Positions 27,032 through 37,302 of a DNA stretch of 64,000 bases are shown in pieces. The notes below the pieces were generated by a model, which was given only the letters and a program-made list of their open reading frames with translations, was not told the DNA's origin and did not search any database. Numbering within the stretch: the stretch's first letter is position 1; each line of letters begins with the position of its first letter. A program made the translations under genes and the position numbers. Origin of the DNA: Lepidodermella squamata (taxonomy: Eukaryota > Animalia > Gastrotricha); the NCBI GenBank assembly GCA_047495785.1, contig JBLDXI010000042.1:2170001-2234000 (forward strand), read 5' to 3'.

Positions 27032-30000
27032 ATGTTAGCAAGACTTATAGCTCTTCTAGCTGGCATAACCTCTTGCACAGCTCAAATAACAGAAGTTTGC
27101 AGGTGGAACGCAACTACTGCTAATTTAAGCAATAGAAAAGTGAACACTTACAAGAACAATTGGGCGACAGCCGCCCCGGACGGCACGTATGACCTCGACT
27201 TGGGAACAACTGTTGCTGTGACTTGCCAAGCTAACTCATCTAAAACAACCATAAAATGCATGGACGGCGGCTTTTGGTCGAAAAGCATCAAGTCGTGCGC
27301 AGACTTCAGTAAATTTGACAAAATTGTTCTAAAATCACGTTGACGTGGCGAATTTGCACATCTAGGTACCGCAGATCAGATGAGCAATCAAACGTGCAAT
27401 TGGCCAGTGTTTCTGAAAGACGATCATAAGTACAAAATCAGCATTGATAACGGAGCGACTTGGAGTGACGCTTCTAACCTGGAAGGAAAGGATGGGAATG
27501 CGATTGTTAGACAATTTTGCCCGTCTGGAGCCTACTTAGAAACATCCTGTATTAATGGTCGATTCCTCCCAGACCCAACTAATTTCACATGTGGCGAACC
27601 AGCAGATAAACCTCCCTCGCAACTGATAGCTTTTTGGCCACTGACTAAAGACACTATGTTGAGAGCGCTCACTCCAGGCACGGCTAGCTTCACCCCATGG
27701 AATGGAGCAGCTTTAGCAACTCCAATAGGAGGCTTTTCAGAAACTGGGTTTCAGTTAGGTGGAAGCAATAAAGCAAGTTTATTAATGGAATCGGGAAAAG
27801 TCCCGCAAATCTATGGCCCAACCTGGTCGTTTGCGGTTCTGGCTAGGGGCATTTATCGTGGAGAATTGTTTAAGATTTCATCTGGAACTTTCGATTTCGT
27901 TACATCTGTTGGCAATGGTATGGTATCTGTCGCAATTCAACCCAGCGGTTCACCCTTCACCGATGCCAATTTTGGGAAGTACGACGGCTGGATGCTGTAT
28001 TTGGTTGGCCTTGATGCGAAAGCAGTAGCAAGTGTCTCACTCTCCGTCGGCGGATTAGGCGGTTCGAACGGTTATTACAGCAAAAGTGTAACAATTGCCG
28101 GAAACGGGACGATTCCAAATACCAGGGTTCGTATCACCATTGCAGAATCGTAAGTTATATAGCGAGGTTAAATAACATAACATAACATAACATAACATAA
28201 CATAACATTTTCTTTATTCTTCAGCACTTTGAGATTATAAAAGAACAGTAAAAAACAACAGTAGAAAAACAACAAAAAGGCGTGCTGAGGAATAAAAATC
28301 ACTCCGGTGTACACACCCTGCCGGACAGGTCACGGGGGTGACCTGGCAAGCAGAGCGCGTGTCGGAGGAGGACCAGTCTAGGGGACCGATCCTAGCCAAA
28401 CCGAAATCATTTTTCATCAGTAATACAAAATATGCAAAAACCCTCGAGAAGAATCAGATTCATCACCCCAGACTATGAATTTTCAGCCTCCACTCATTTC
28501 TGTCCTTCGCTAGATCATCTGCATCCTCTAAATTTTGAATTCCCACCCGCCCCAAATTTTTCTTAATACAGTCGAGCCACCTTAGCTTAGGTCTGCCTCT
28601 AGGCCGTTTCCACCCCTCCGGCACGTTCCAATACGAGGTTAAATGTTCGACATTTTTTGTTCAAGTATTAGAGAATACTTTGGATAGTGTTTATGACTGA
28701 TAGTACACACAGCAGAACTGATGAAAAGGAAAAGCGCAGAAAAGAATGGGTCCGGACTTGGATTCGAAACCGGGAACTCCCGACCGGGGAGACCGAGGCT
28801 GAACCACCGAGCCACCGTCGGCGCTTTAACGGTTTAGCGGTTCATTTGAGCTAAGGACCACGAAGAGCTACTACTAGCTCAGTTTTGCTGCTCATTACGA
28901 GCGGAACCGCTCATTCTGCTGTGTGTACTATCATTCATAAGCACTTTCCGAAAGTGTTCCCTCATGATTTAACTAGAGTTCAGCAGATAGAATGAACCGA
29001 AATGGTTCAAATAGAACTAATGGACTCTCTCGCTAGCTAATTTTTTGTTCTTTTTAAGATCCACTGGCACTGGGTCAATATCTTGTTTTATGGCATTCGA
29101 TTTTTACTATTCCGATCGAAAGCCATCCGACATACTCGCAAAGCAGTGTATTGCAGGTTAGGTCGAAGATATTTGAGAATTTTCACTTTTTCTCCCAACT
29201 TTCTTCCAGCCATGTCATCACTTGTTGCAACTGCAACTGCTTGCCCTACTTGCGCCTGGACATACGACGAAAATTTGTCTATACACATTGCTAACTTTCG
29301 TAAATTTAGAAAAGTTGCTTTTTGCTATAAATATCCCGACTTTAATGGAAGATAAACTTTACCGCCGAGGGGCGGCGACACTAACGAGAAACGGTATGAC
29401 GATTCGACTGGCTGCGATGGGTCAACAAGGCGCAGTGTGGACACCCATAGTAAGTTCTACAGAGAAGAAGCATATTTCAAAGCACTTTTAATTAAACTGA
29501 AAAAAGCCCAAAATCATTCGAATCTAGAAAATGATTTTGAAGTTGTTCATTACTTATTACTTGAAGATTTGATATTAGACGAAAACAGCCCATCCACCTT
29601 CCAAGATGTTTACAGTATGGGCGTTAAGATCTGAGAATATTAAACGGAATTTTGGAAATCTTATTGATATTTTTCAGACTTTCAGAGCATCGATCGATTT
29701 TCGAGTGGAATACCATGTATCAGTCGATTTCGATAATGCTGATTTGGAATTCTGGTTTGCCGCAAGCCCAACCTCAATCGACCTGACAAAGGGCTCTAGC
29801 GAAGCAAGGGCTTTCAACGTTAAAATGAGCTCATTTGCCGGAATGTTTGTCCGCCTGTCAAAATCTGGGTACAACGAGATTCAATACTCTGACGCCCCGG
29901 TGCCTGTTACATCACTTGTACCGGCAGCTAATGTGACCAAACCTAAGTGCATCTCTGAAGTGATTGTTATAGAAAAGGTTGGGACTAACCTAACAGTGTA

Positions 30001-30904
30001 CTGTGCAACCGTCGACGCCAAGATCACAACCTTGGCATCGGCGGATATCGGGCCATTCAGCACGATTACTGATGATATAGTCATGGGGGTATACGCTCAG
30101 TACTACGCTCATGTACTTCCTATCCAGACACAGGTCTATTTGCATCATGTCAAATTTTACACGAACGGCCCTATTACTACTGCGGGTACTACTAGTACCA
30201 CTAGCAATACTAATACTGCTGCCAGTACAGCCCAAACTTCTGCTACGATCCTACCGTCGACTCGTGAGACTCCCACCATTGCGACTTCTAGGGCCACTAC
30301 TACATACAAGTTAGACATGAATTTGACAATAACCGGCGATTCAATCGTAATTCCATCAGTCAACCTAACGATTTTGGCCGAGCCGTGGGACACAAGCTTA
30401 GATCAACCTGGCTCACCAAATTTCACCGCTTCAGCCGACTTCATGCTGCCAGTAATTCGACAACGTTCAGAAAAGACCTGTGAGCTGTTGAATTGTGAGG
30501 TACTTTCGTTGAAGATCACAGGCTTTCGAAAGGGTAGCACCATTTCGGACTACATTGTAGCTCTAAGGAGTTTGACGCAGCTGACCGAGAGCGAAATTGC
30601 CGCAAAAGTCGCGATAGCAACGGAGAAATTGAGAGAAACAGCTAACGCGAAGCTTGCAGGTGGGCTCGAAGCATCGCGATTAGGTGCTGCATCGATTCGG
30701 AAGATCGACGGGCCAGAAGTTCTTGTTACAGGTCCAACGGTAGGAGCAGCAACCAAACAACCCGTTAATGAAGGTGTGAACAATGTTAAATCCAAAAATG
30801 GTGCGAACCGTATCATGAATTTGCAAGACTCGATAGGCGTATGGTTACCTTTCCGCTTTTTAAGTTCCGCTTTTTCAGTTCCGCCGAAATTTTTTCCGCT
30901 ATGA
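27032..30904 (+). CDS. Surface glycoprotein paralog C; native tail displaced by a MULE insertion
   Basis: Same domain series, more diverged. The native C-terminus (GEIILLISFVAFFI*) lies after the insertion, with its stop at 31753-31755. Confidence 0.75.
28174..28633 (-). mobile_element. 3' end of an RTE-clade LINE with (ATGTT)n tail, inside an intron of paralog C
   Basis: Minus strand encodes WKRPRGRPKLRWLDCI...AKDRNEWR. 11-bp TSD CGAGGTTAAAT at 28163-28173 and 28634-28644. Confidence 0.9.
28748..28824 (-). pseudogene. tRNA-derived Pol III cassette (SINE head or tRNA pseudogene) inside an inverted-repeat element (about 28672-28959)
   Basis: A box TGGCTCGGTGG, B box GTTTCGAATCC, downstream TTTT; acceptor stem pairs poorly. 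Confidence 0.55.
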
Positions 30905-31703
30905 TCATTTCCGCTACAAGTACACTTCCGCCAGTAACATTTCCGCCAAAGTTGATTTCCGCCAACAACATTTCCGCTAAAGGTCATTTCCGCTTTATTC
31001 CACTTCCGCTTTTTGGCTCTCATTTGCCCTCATTGGTGCTCAAGTTTTCTAAATTCTAAAAACCGGGGCGAATGGAAAATTTGAGAAACCCTGGAACGAT
31101 AATTAGGCCAGTAGAACAACCACGTAGAGCTAATAACAAGATAATTCCTCTATACGACCGAAATTCAATCGAATCCATTACACTAATCTAAAGGCAGTTT
31201 ATTTCATGCATTCCTGGCTCCTGGCCAATTTTTTATTGGCGCATTTAACCTTTTACGCAGCTTCGCTGCTAACCCACTCGCATAGAGAACGAAGTGATCA
31301 CTTCGTTCTCTATGCCCACTGCCCACTCGTGGCCGCTGAACGCTGAACGGTTTCACTTTTCACTACGAAAGGGAAACCTCTTAAGTTATATCGGTTAGAG
31401 GTTTTCAACACCTTCTTCTCCTTTCAGTGGCTTTTTGGTTAAAATGATCTGATCATTGAAATGAAGAGCTGAAAAATCACCTTGGCGAAAAGAATTGGAG
31501 GCGGAAAAGGTCCATAGCGGAACTGCCATTTGGCGGAACTCTTGATAGCGGAAGTGTGTTATAGCGGAAATGTACATGGCGGAACTCATACTATGGCGGA
31601 AATGAAAATGGCGGAACACGCAATAGCGGAAATGGTCGTCGGCGGAAAAAAATGTAGCGGAAATGAAATAGCGGAACTTAAAAAGCGGAAAAGTAACCAA
31701 ACC
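30838..31703. mobile_element. Non-autonomous Mutator-like (MULE) element
   Basis: 9-bp TSD CTCGATAGG (30829-30837 and 31704-31712), TIR TGGTTAC(C/T)TTTCCGCTTTTTAAGTTCCGCT, TTCCGC/GCGGAA subterminal arrays. Confidence 0.9.
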
Positions 31704-32337
31704 CTCGATAGGAGAAATTATACTTCTGATCTCATTTGTTGCTTTTTTTATATGAATAATTTATATCTCGAATGTAAGCTTAATGTTAAATTCTGAATAA
31801 AAGCTTTTTTCCTCTAGTTCTCTCTTTGCATTTCTCAATTTATCGAGGTTGCTCCAATGGGAACATTTGGTTTCGATATGTCCAATTCCCATGAAAGAAC
31901 TATTCATCGAATTTTTTTGTAACAGGTGCTTAACTGACAGTATATCTGACTGTATTCAGCCTCCAAAACAGAACAGTACCAAAGAATCCGTAATAGGCCA
32001 TTTTCCAGTTTTTCTATTTATAGAATTTTCTGATTTTCCTCGGAAACCCGTCCAAAACCGGAATAATTGTTGACTGCTCGTTAAATTTGTGTTCTAAATT
32101 GAACCATTTTTCTTAGCTTTCCATATATTTTCAAATTGCATCATGTCCATGCTTTTCAAATGCTCCGTATTGCCTCTCCCAAACGGTTCAAAAATCGAAT
32201 ACGCAGAAAGGCAATTGAAGTTCACGCGAACCCGTTTTGTTTGTCTACTCGTTTGTTAAATTAACGAAGCGTGGGCTAACCGGTATTCCCAGAGAAATCC
32301 GGGCGAATATAGTGGATTCCGTTGAAATATCATTGAA

Positions 32338-32437
32338 ATGCTAGCAAGACTTACTGCCCTCATAGCAGGCATAGCCGCTTGCACAGCTCAGCCGACAGAA
32401 GTCTGCACTTGGAATGCAACTTCTGCGGGAATACAAA
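32338..32437 (+). pseudogene. 5' stub of a sixth paralog (D), cut by the Polinton left end
   Basis: MLARLTALIAGIAACTAQPTEVCTWNATSAGIQ runs directly into AGTAGT. Confidence 0.85.
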
Positions 32438-32543
32438 AGTAGTATTAGTTAGTTCGAGTAAAAAATGCGTAAATTAGTTGGGAATGAAAAGTGAATGAAA
32501 AATCGGTACTTTTTGCAAATTTAGGTTGAAAAATCGGTACATT
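32438..32543 (+). repeat. Polinton left TIR
   Basis: First ~78 nt are identical to the reverse complement of the right end; internal GAAAAATCGG repeats. Confidence 0.95.
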
Positions 32544-32827
32544 TTGAAAATTGTGGATGGAAAATCGATAATTAAGGTGGATTGGAATGAGAATCAATTT
32601 TTTGCAGGAGCTATCACTAATAAAATTATTTCAGATCTGGAACTAGCCGCGGTCAAGTCGAATTGATTATCTCTCAGCAGCAAGTCAAAATAATTGAGGA
32701 AACAACTTTGCGAACACGAAACTTTATTGAATAATTGCAGGTGAATAAAATGAGAACCGATAATTTTTTTTTCAGAATAATTGAGCAAAAAACACAGTAG
32801 ATGAGAAAAGTGTACAGAAGAAAGACA

Positions 32828-34123
32828 CTACGGCTCGTATGTTATTAGAGAATCAAAATTTAGACTGGTGTCTTCCAGAAGCGGTCGGTAATCTTCGATG
32901 GACGACGTATTTACAAGAACAATGTCATCGAGGGTGATGACGTCTTCAGGAGAAGGTCGACGCGGAAACAACAATAACAAATTCGGGGAGCTAGGTGTAT
33001 AGGTAGGCGAAGTAGGTTCATAGGTAGGTGAAATAGGTAGATAGGTAGGTGAAATAGGTGAAGGTTCATGGTGAAGGGAGACAGTGTCAAATTGAGGAGA
33101 AGGAGGTAAGTATCGTAGAGAAACGGGTGAGTAATAAGCAGTCGAAAAGTAGGACGAGTCGCAGCTAGTCGGGGAGCCGCCTGCCGACTCGCCAGCCGAG
33201 TAGCCGCTGCCCGCGTAGGTGCTCAGCGTGTCACCGCCGGTCGAGATGCTGGCCGTGTAGGTGCTCAGCGTGTCACCCTCGTCCGAGTCACCGTCGTCCG
33301 TGGCGCCGCCGGTCGCGTTGTCGGTCGCGCCGTCGTTCGAGGCGCCGCCGGTCGCGTTGTCGGTCGCGCCGTCGTTCGAGGAGCCGCCGGTCGCGTTGTC
33401 GGTCGCGCCGTCGTTCGAGGAGCCGCCGGTCGCGTTGTCGGTCGCGCCGTCGTTCGAGGAGCCGCCGGTCGCGTCGTCGGTCGCGCCGTCGTCGCCGGCC
33501 GCGTCGATGAGCCAGTCGTGAGGCGGCGGCAGGGGCAGCGCCACAAAGAAATCGTCGACCGGCGTGGCGATGGTATCGTGGTCGGCAAAGACTTGCTCGA
33601 TATCGACGACCGGCAGAACAACAACTCCGTTTATGAAATCGTCGAGAGGGAGCTGGATTTCGCCGAACGGCGCGGCGTCGATATCCGGATAGTAAAACAG
33701 GTCTTCTTCCCCGTAAACCAGTGCGAATAAAGGGGCCCAATCTTCGTAATCGAAGAGGGAGCTGTCGCTCCTGGGCCTGTCGGCAGGGTCGATGATCGTC
33801 ACCGGATCGTCATCGAGGAGAACCGAGGCCATCGCGGCGGCTATCTCGGGCACGTCATCGTCAGCGTACAACTCGCCGTCGCCGCCGCCGCAGGGCAGAT
33901 CGCCAGTAGGAGAGACAGAGCGCGGCGAGCCAGGCAAGGCGGCATCGTGCTTGGTGGGCGAGTTTTCAACCGAAGCAGCGTCGCTGTTGGCGGAAGAGTC
34001 CTCGCCGCGGAAATCGAGGTAGTCGTAGGTACGCTTCTCGGAATTTGCGACATGATCTGTAGAAAAATTAAAAAAAAAATTAAGATAATGAGACGAAATA
34101 AATAATCGCAACTAACCAAACAT
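32828..34123 (-). CDS. Acidic disordered protein with Pol II CTD-like heptads and a C-terminal SIM-like motif
   Basis: Predicted ATG at 34123 with intron 34057-34116 (MFDHVANSEKR...). Contains YLPISPT-YEPTSPT-YTPSSPN and EDVITLDD. Confidence 0.75.
33305..33492. repeat. 39-bp coding tandem repeat, about 5 copies (DNATGGSSNDGAT)
   Basis: Unit gccgccggtcgcgttgtcggtcgcgccgtcgttcgagga. Confidence 0.95.
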
Positions 34124-34445
34124 TAGCCGCTGAAAGCAATCGAGAGGATGGATGCATAAAATGCGGCAGGGCGTCGCTTTCTTAGCCGCAATCGAACGGC
34201 GCGAGTTCTTTAACCACGCCGGCGCGTCGTTCGGGACGACAGGAATGCGGTTCGTAACCAATGTCGGAATGACACGCATCGCTCAGAAAAAATTAACACG
34301 TCTAAAAATTGCAAATAAAGACAGTTATTAACAGTCCGTGAGATTTTGTTGCCATTAAATACGATCAATAAAAAAACGAGGGCGATAGAAATGGAAAAGG
34401 GCGAGACGCGAAAAATTAAGGAGGAACGAGAATTAATAGAAAAAA

Positions 34446-34778
34446 TCACAGCCGGGCGCGTTGCAGCTCAGCGAAGACATCCTCAGCATCGATCGGCGCA
34501 AAGCCATTGAGCAGCGAAGCGACGAATTCGTCCAACGATTCGAAGGGATCATACTCTTCACCCAATACCAGAAACTGTAAGTCGGCGTAGCCAAAGAAAT
34601 CGTCATCGTCGTTCGTGGTGCCGCCGTCGATCATCGTGCCGCCGTCGTCGCCGGCCGCATCGATGAGCCAGTCGTGAAGCCGCGGCTGCGGGACAACGGG
34701 AACATACTCTTCATCGAATACCTGACGCCATAAGTCGGCGTAGTCATCGTAATTCAGATCGTCAGCCAGGTCGGACAT
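34446..34778 (-). CDS. Small acidic paralog of the heptad protein
   Basis: Shares HDWLIDAAGDDG, the LxxLVxGEE pattern and D(I/A)ExVFA with ORF 32828-34123. Confidence 0.7.
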   Translation of the reverse strand: MSDLADDLNYDDYADLWRQVFDEEYVPVVPQPRLHDWLIDAAGDDGGTMIDGGTTNDDDDFFGYADLQFLVLGEEYDPFESLDEFVASLLNGFAPIDAEDVFAELQRARL

Positions 34779-35107
34779 ATGAGGTAGAAATCACGTGAAA
34801 GTCTAATAAAAGCAAAAGGCAATCCGTTGGAAATTGCGAAGCCAGTTTTAAGATCAAATAACGACGAGTCGAAAGATACGAAAAAACGAGGACGATAGTC
34901 ATCAGGGTTGCTGAGATAATAGGCTTCGAAGTTTACGAACGAAAATATAAATTTTGAAAATTTCTTGAAAAATGAGCCGCGGCCGACACGGTTGAATAAA
35001 AAAGCGCGAGTTGCGAGCATTGTTGCCCAATGGCGCAGAAAAATCAACACGTGAAAGTATATAATAATTTCGAATAAAATTCAGAAATTCGCGAAATTTG
35101 CGCAGGG

Positions 35108-35504
35108 TATTTATACCCTCCGCAGGCAATCAATCAACAGGTAGAGTTGTAAATGTCAAATTTTCCCTGTCAAAAATCTGTCAAAAATTCGAACATAATT
35201 CAAGAAATCTTGAAGGAAACGTCAAAAATTTGAAGTTTCAATGGTTACAAGGCAATTAAAAAGTCAGATTAGGCTTAAATTTCTTGAGCAATTTGTCGAA
35301 AATCTGTCAAAATGTCGAATTTCAAGTTGTAAAACTGCCAAGACTTCAAAATGTCAAGTTATAAAACTGCCAAGACGTCAAATTTCACGAAGTTAAACTG
35401 CCAAGATGTCAAATTTGTCGAATTTAAAATGCCAAAATGCCAAGAATGTTACAAATTTAGATTTATTGCTGAAATATGATTGATTGGGTCTAAGGGTATA
35501 TAAG
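35108..35504. promoter_or_regulatory. Divergent TATA promoters flanking a TGTCAA/TGCCAA-rich array
   Basis: TATAAATA on the minus strand (35108-35115) and TATATAAG on the plus strand (35497-35504), each preceded by GGG. Repeated TGTCAAA and AAACTGCCAAGA lie between them. Confidence 0.6.
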
Positions 35505-35597
35505 CAGGGCGCGGCGCACACTTTCAGCACTCGTACAGAATTCCTTACAGATTTCACGCCACTATTCCACCTTAAAGTTCCCATATACTTTCTACCC

Positions 35598-36884
35598 ATG
35601 AATCAGTTTGGCAATTTTGGGTTGGGAAACATCCCGCCTAATAACTTGCAATTCCCGGCTAATAACACGCAGTTCCTGGCTAATAACATGCTATCATCTC
35701 AACAAGTGGACACGGCTCGACAGGTAAAAAATTTGCGAATGAGACAACTCCGAAGTTGAATAATGCATTTAAATGAGATGCATTATTCAACTTAAAATGA
35801 GAAGAATACTGCTAAAGCGAAAATTTTATTATGAACGCTCGTTACCGTTCATCGACCGCTACATGTGTAAAAATACTTTAATCTCATGCTGCGTCGATCA
35901 ACGGTACGGGCGATCGTATAATAAAATACCGCCACTCGTTATATCTCGCACCTAGCGCGCGCGCGTGTAATAAAGCTAATCCGGTATTAACGCTGTTCGA
36001 TACCGTTGCGGTCCTGATCAGCGCTCATAACGGGTTCAACAAAGCAGAAAGGCGCAAATAAAATCATCAACGATGCGCGCCGGCACATAATAACGCAGCT
36101 CGTTACAGTGTAACAGTGTACAAACGGGCGAATCGCTGATGATGACAAGTGCGAAATTATATAACGGCGCGCAAAAATAGCCGCAATAAATTTGACATAA
36201 AAAGTGCGCGCGCGCGCGCGCGATAAAAATAAGCGCAGCGCTGCCGAGCATCATCGGCATCATCGAATAACGCGCGCGCAATACCTCGCACGTTTGCGAA
36301 AATATAAAAAAAAATTCAAACTATGCAGTAATATTAATAAGGAGTGATGTAAATTTCAGGAAACTATTGAATGGGCGCCGTTCGACTCGTCGTTGTCTAC
36401 TAATGCTCGAGCTATGGATAAATTGGCCAGCTTCAAGTTTACGAATAATTACAAGGCTATTCGCTATGTGTGCACTGACAACAAATACGTGTTTTTTCTG
36501 GGGAAAATAAATTCGCCGGATCCGCACAGCCCGATGGTGCAGCCGGGTAAAGGTCTGTGGATGACAGAACTCGAGGTACGACAAATGCTGGCCGGCATCA
36601 AGGGCAATGCAAACTGGCTTCGAACTCTAAACTCAAGTCTTCAAGCTGCCGGAGCCAATCGAGAAAATCTCGGGGTTCAATCAGTCGAATCGTCCAATAA
36701 TCACATCATCAACAACCTCCGCTGGTCTTTTTACGCGCCAAAGAATATCTTGTTCATTGATTTGCGCAGGTATACGCCGCAGCCAGATAATAAGTATAGG
36801 GCGATGAAAGATGGCATCTCAATTCCGCAGTCAATTTTTTCGCAATTAGAGTCGATTTTATGCCAAGTTCTTGAAGGCATCTGA
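35598..36884 (+). CDS. PC4/Sub1-like ssDNA-binding protein (probably tandem PC4 fold)
   Basis: Exon 35598-35723 splices in frame to 36360. FIDLRRY...AMKDGISIPQSIFSQL resembles the PC4 IDIREY...KGISL pattern; a weaker first copy is PGKGLWMT. Confidence 0.7.
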
Positions 36885-37302
36885 GGATCTTAGTCATCCT
36901 TAATTGAGCTGCTGATTAATTCTAGCAATCATCAGCCGACTGCGAATAAAAATCGCAGGATTATATATCGCACTAATATTACTAAATTTAATCGAACCTA
37001 TTATCATGTTACTTCAATCAATTGAAACTATTATCTGGTTTATAGCGAATTTTAACTATTTATCCTCATTTACGAGACCACAGTTCGAGTCGTACGATGG
37101 GTCGAACTAGGATCTTGATATTATCGCTCTCATTTATCTATTAACCAAGCATTACCCCAATAAATCCAAAAAATCCCAAAATTAACGCAGTGTCTAAAAT
37201 TTTAGGAAATTAAATATTATTAGAAATTGAGCTACATCGCCCGACACAGGTAAGCGAATAAATTTTTCAACTAATAGATGCTCTAGAATTAAAGTAATAG
37301 CC

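Noticed and set aside
8945-30393. Numerous minus-strand ORFs opposite the glycoprotein exons
   Set aside because: Antisense shadows with no motifs; they recur only because the sense genes are duplicated.
32424-32430. TGCGGGA near the left end matches the reverse complement of the right junction
   Set aside because: It is offset from the terminus by 8 nt and lies in the coding stub of paralog D; it is neither a TSD nor a TIR extension and is probably chance.
33261-33740. Arg-rich and Thr/Pro-rich alternative ORFs over the 39-bp repeat
   Set aside because: Shadow frames of a GC-rich repeat; only the acidic frame is shared with the paralog.
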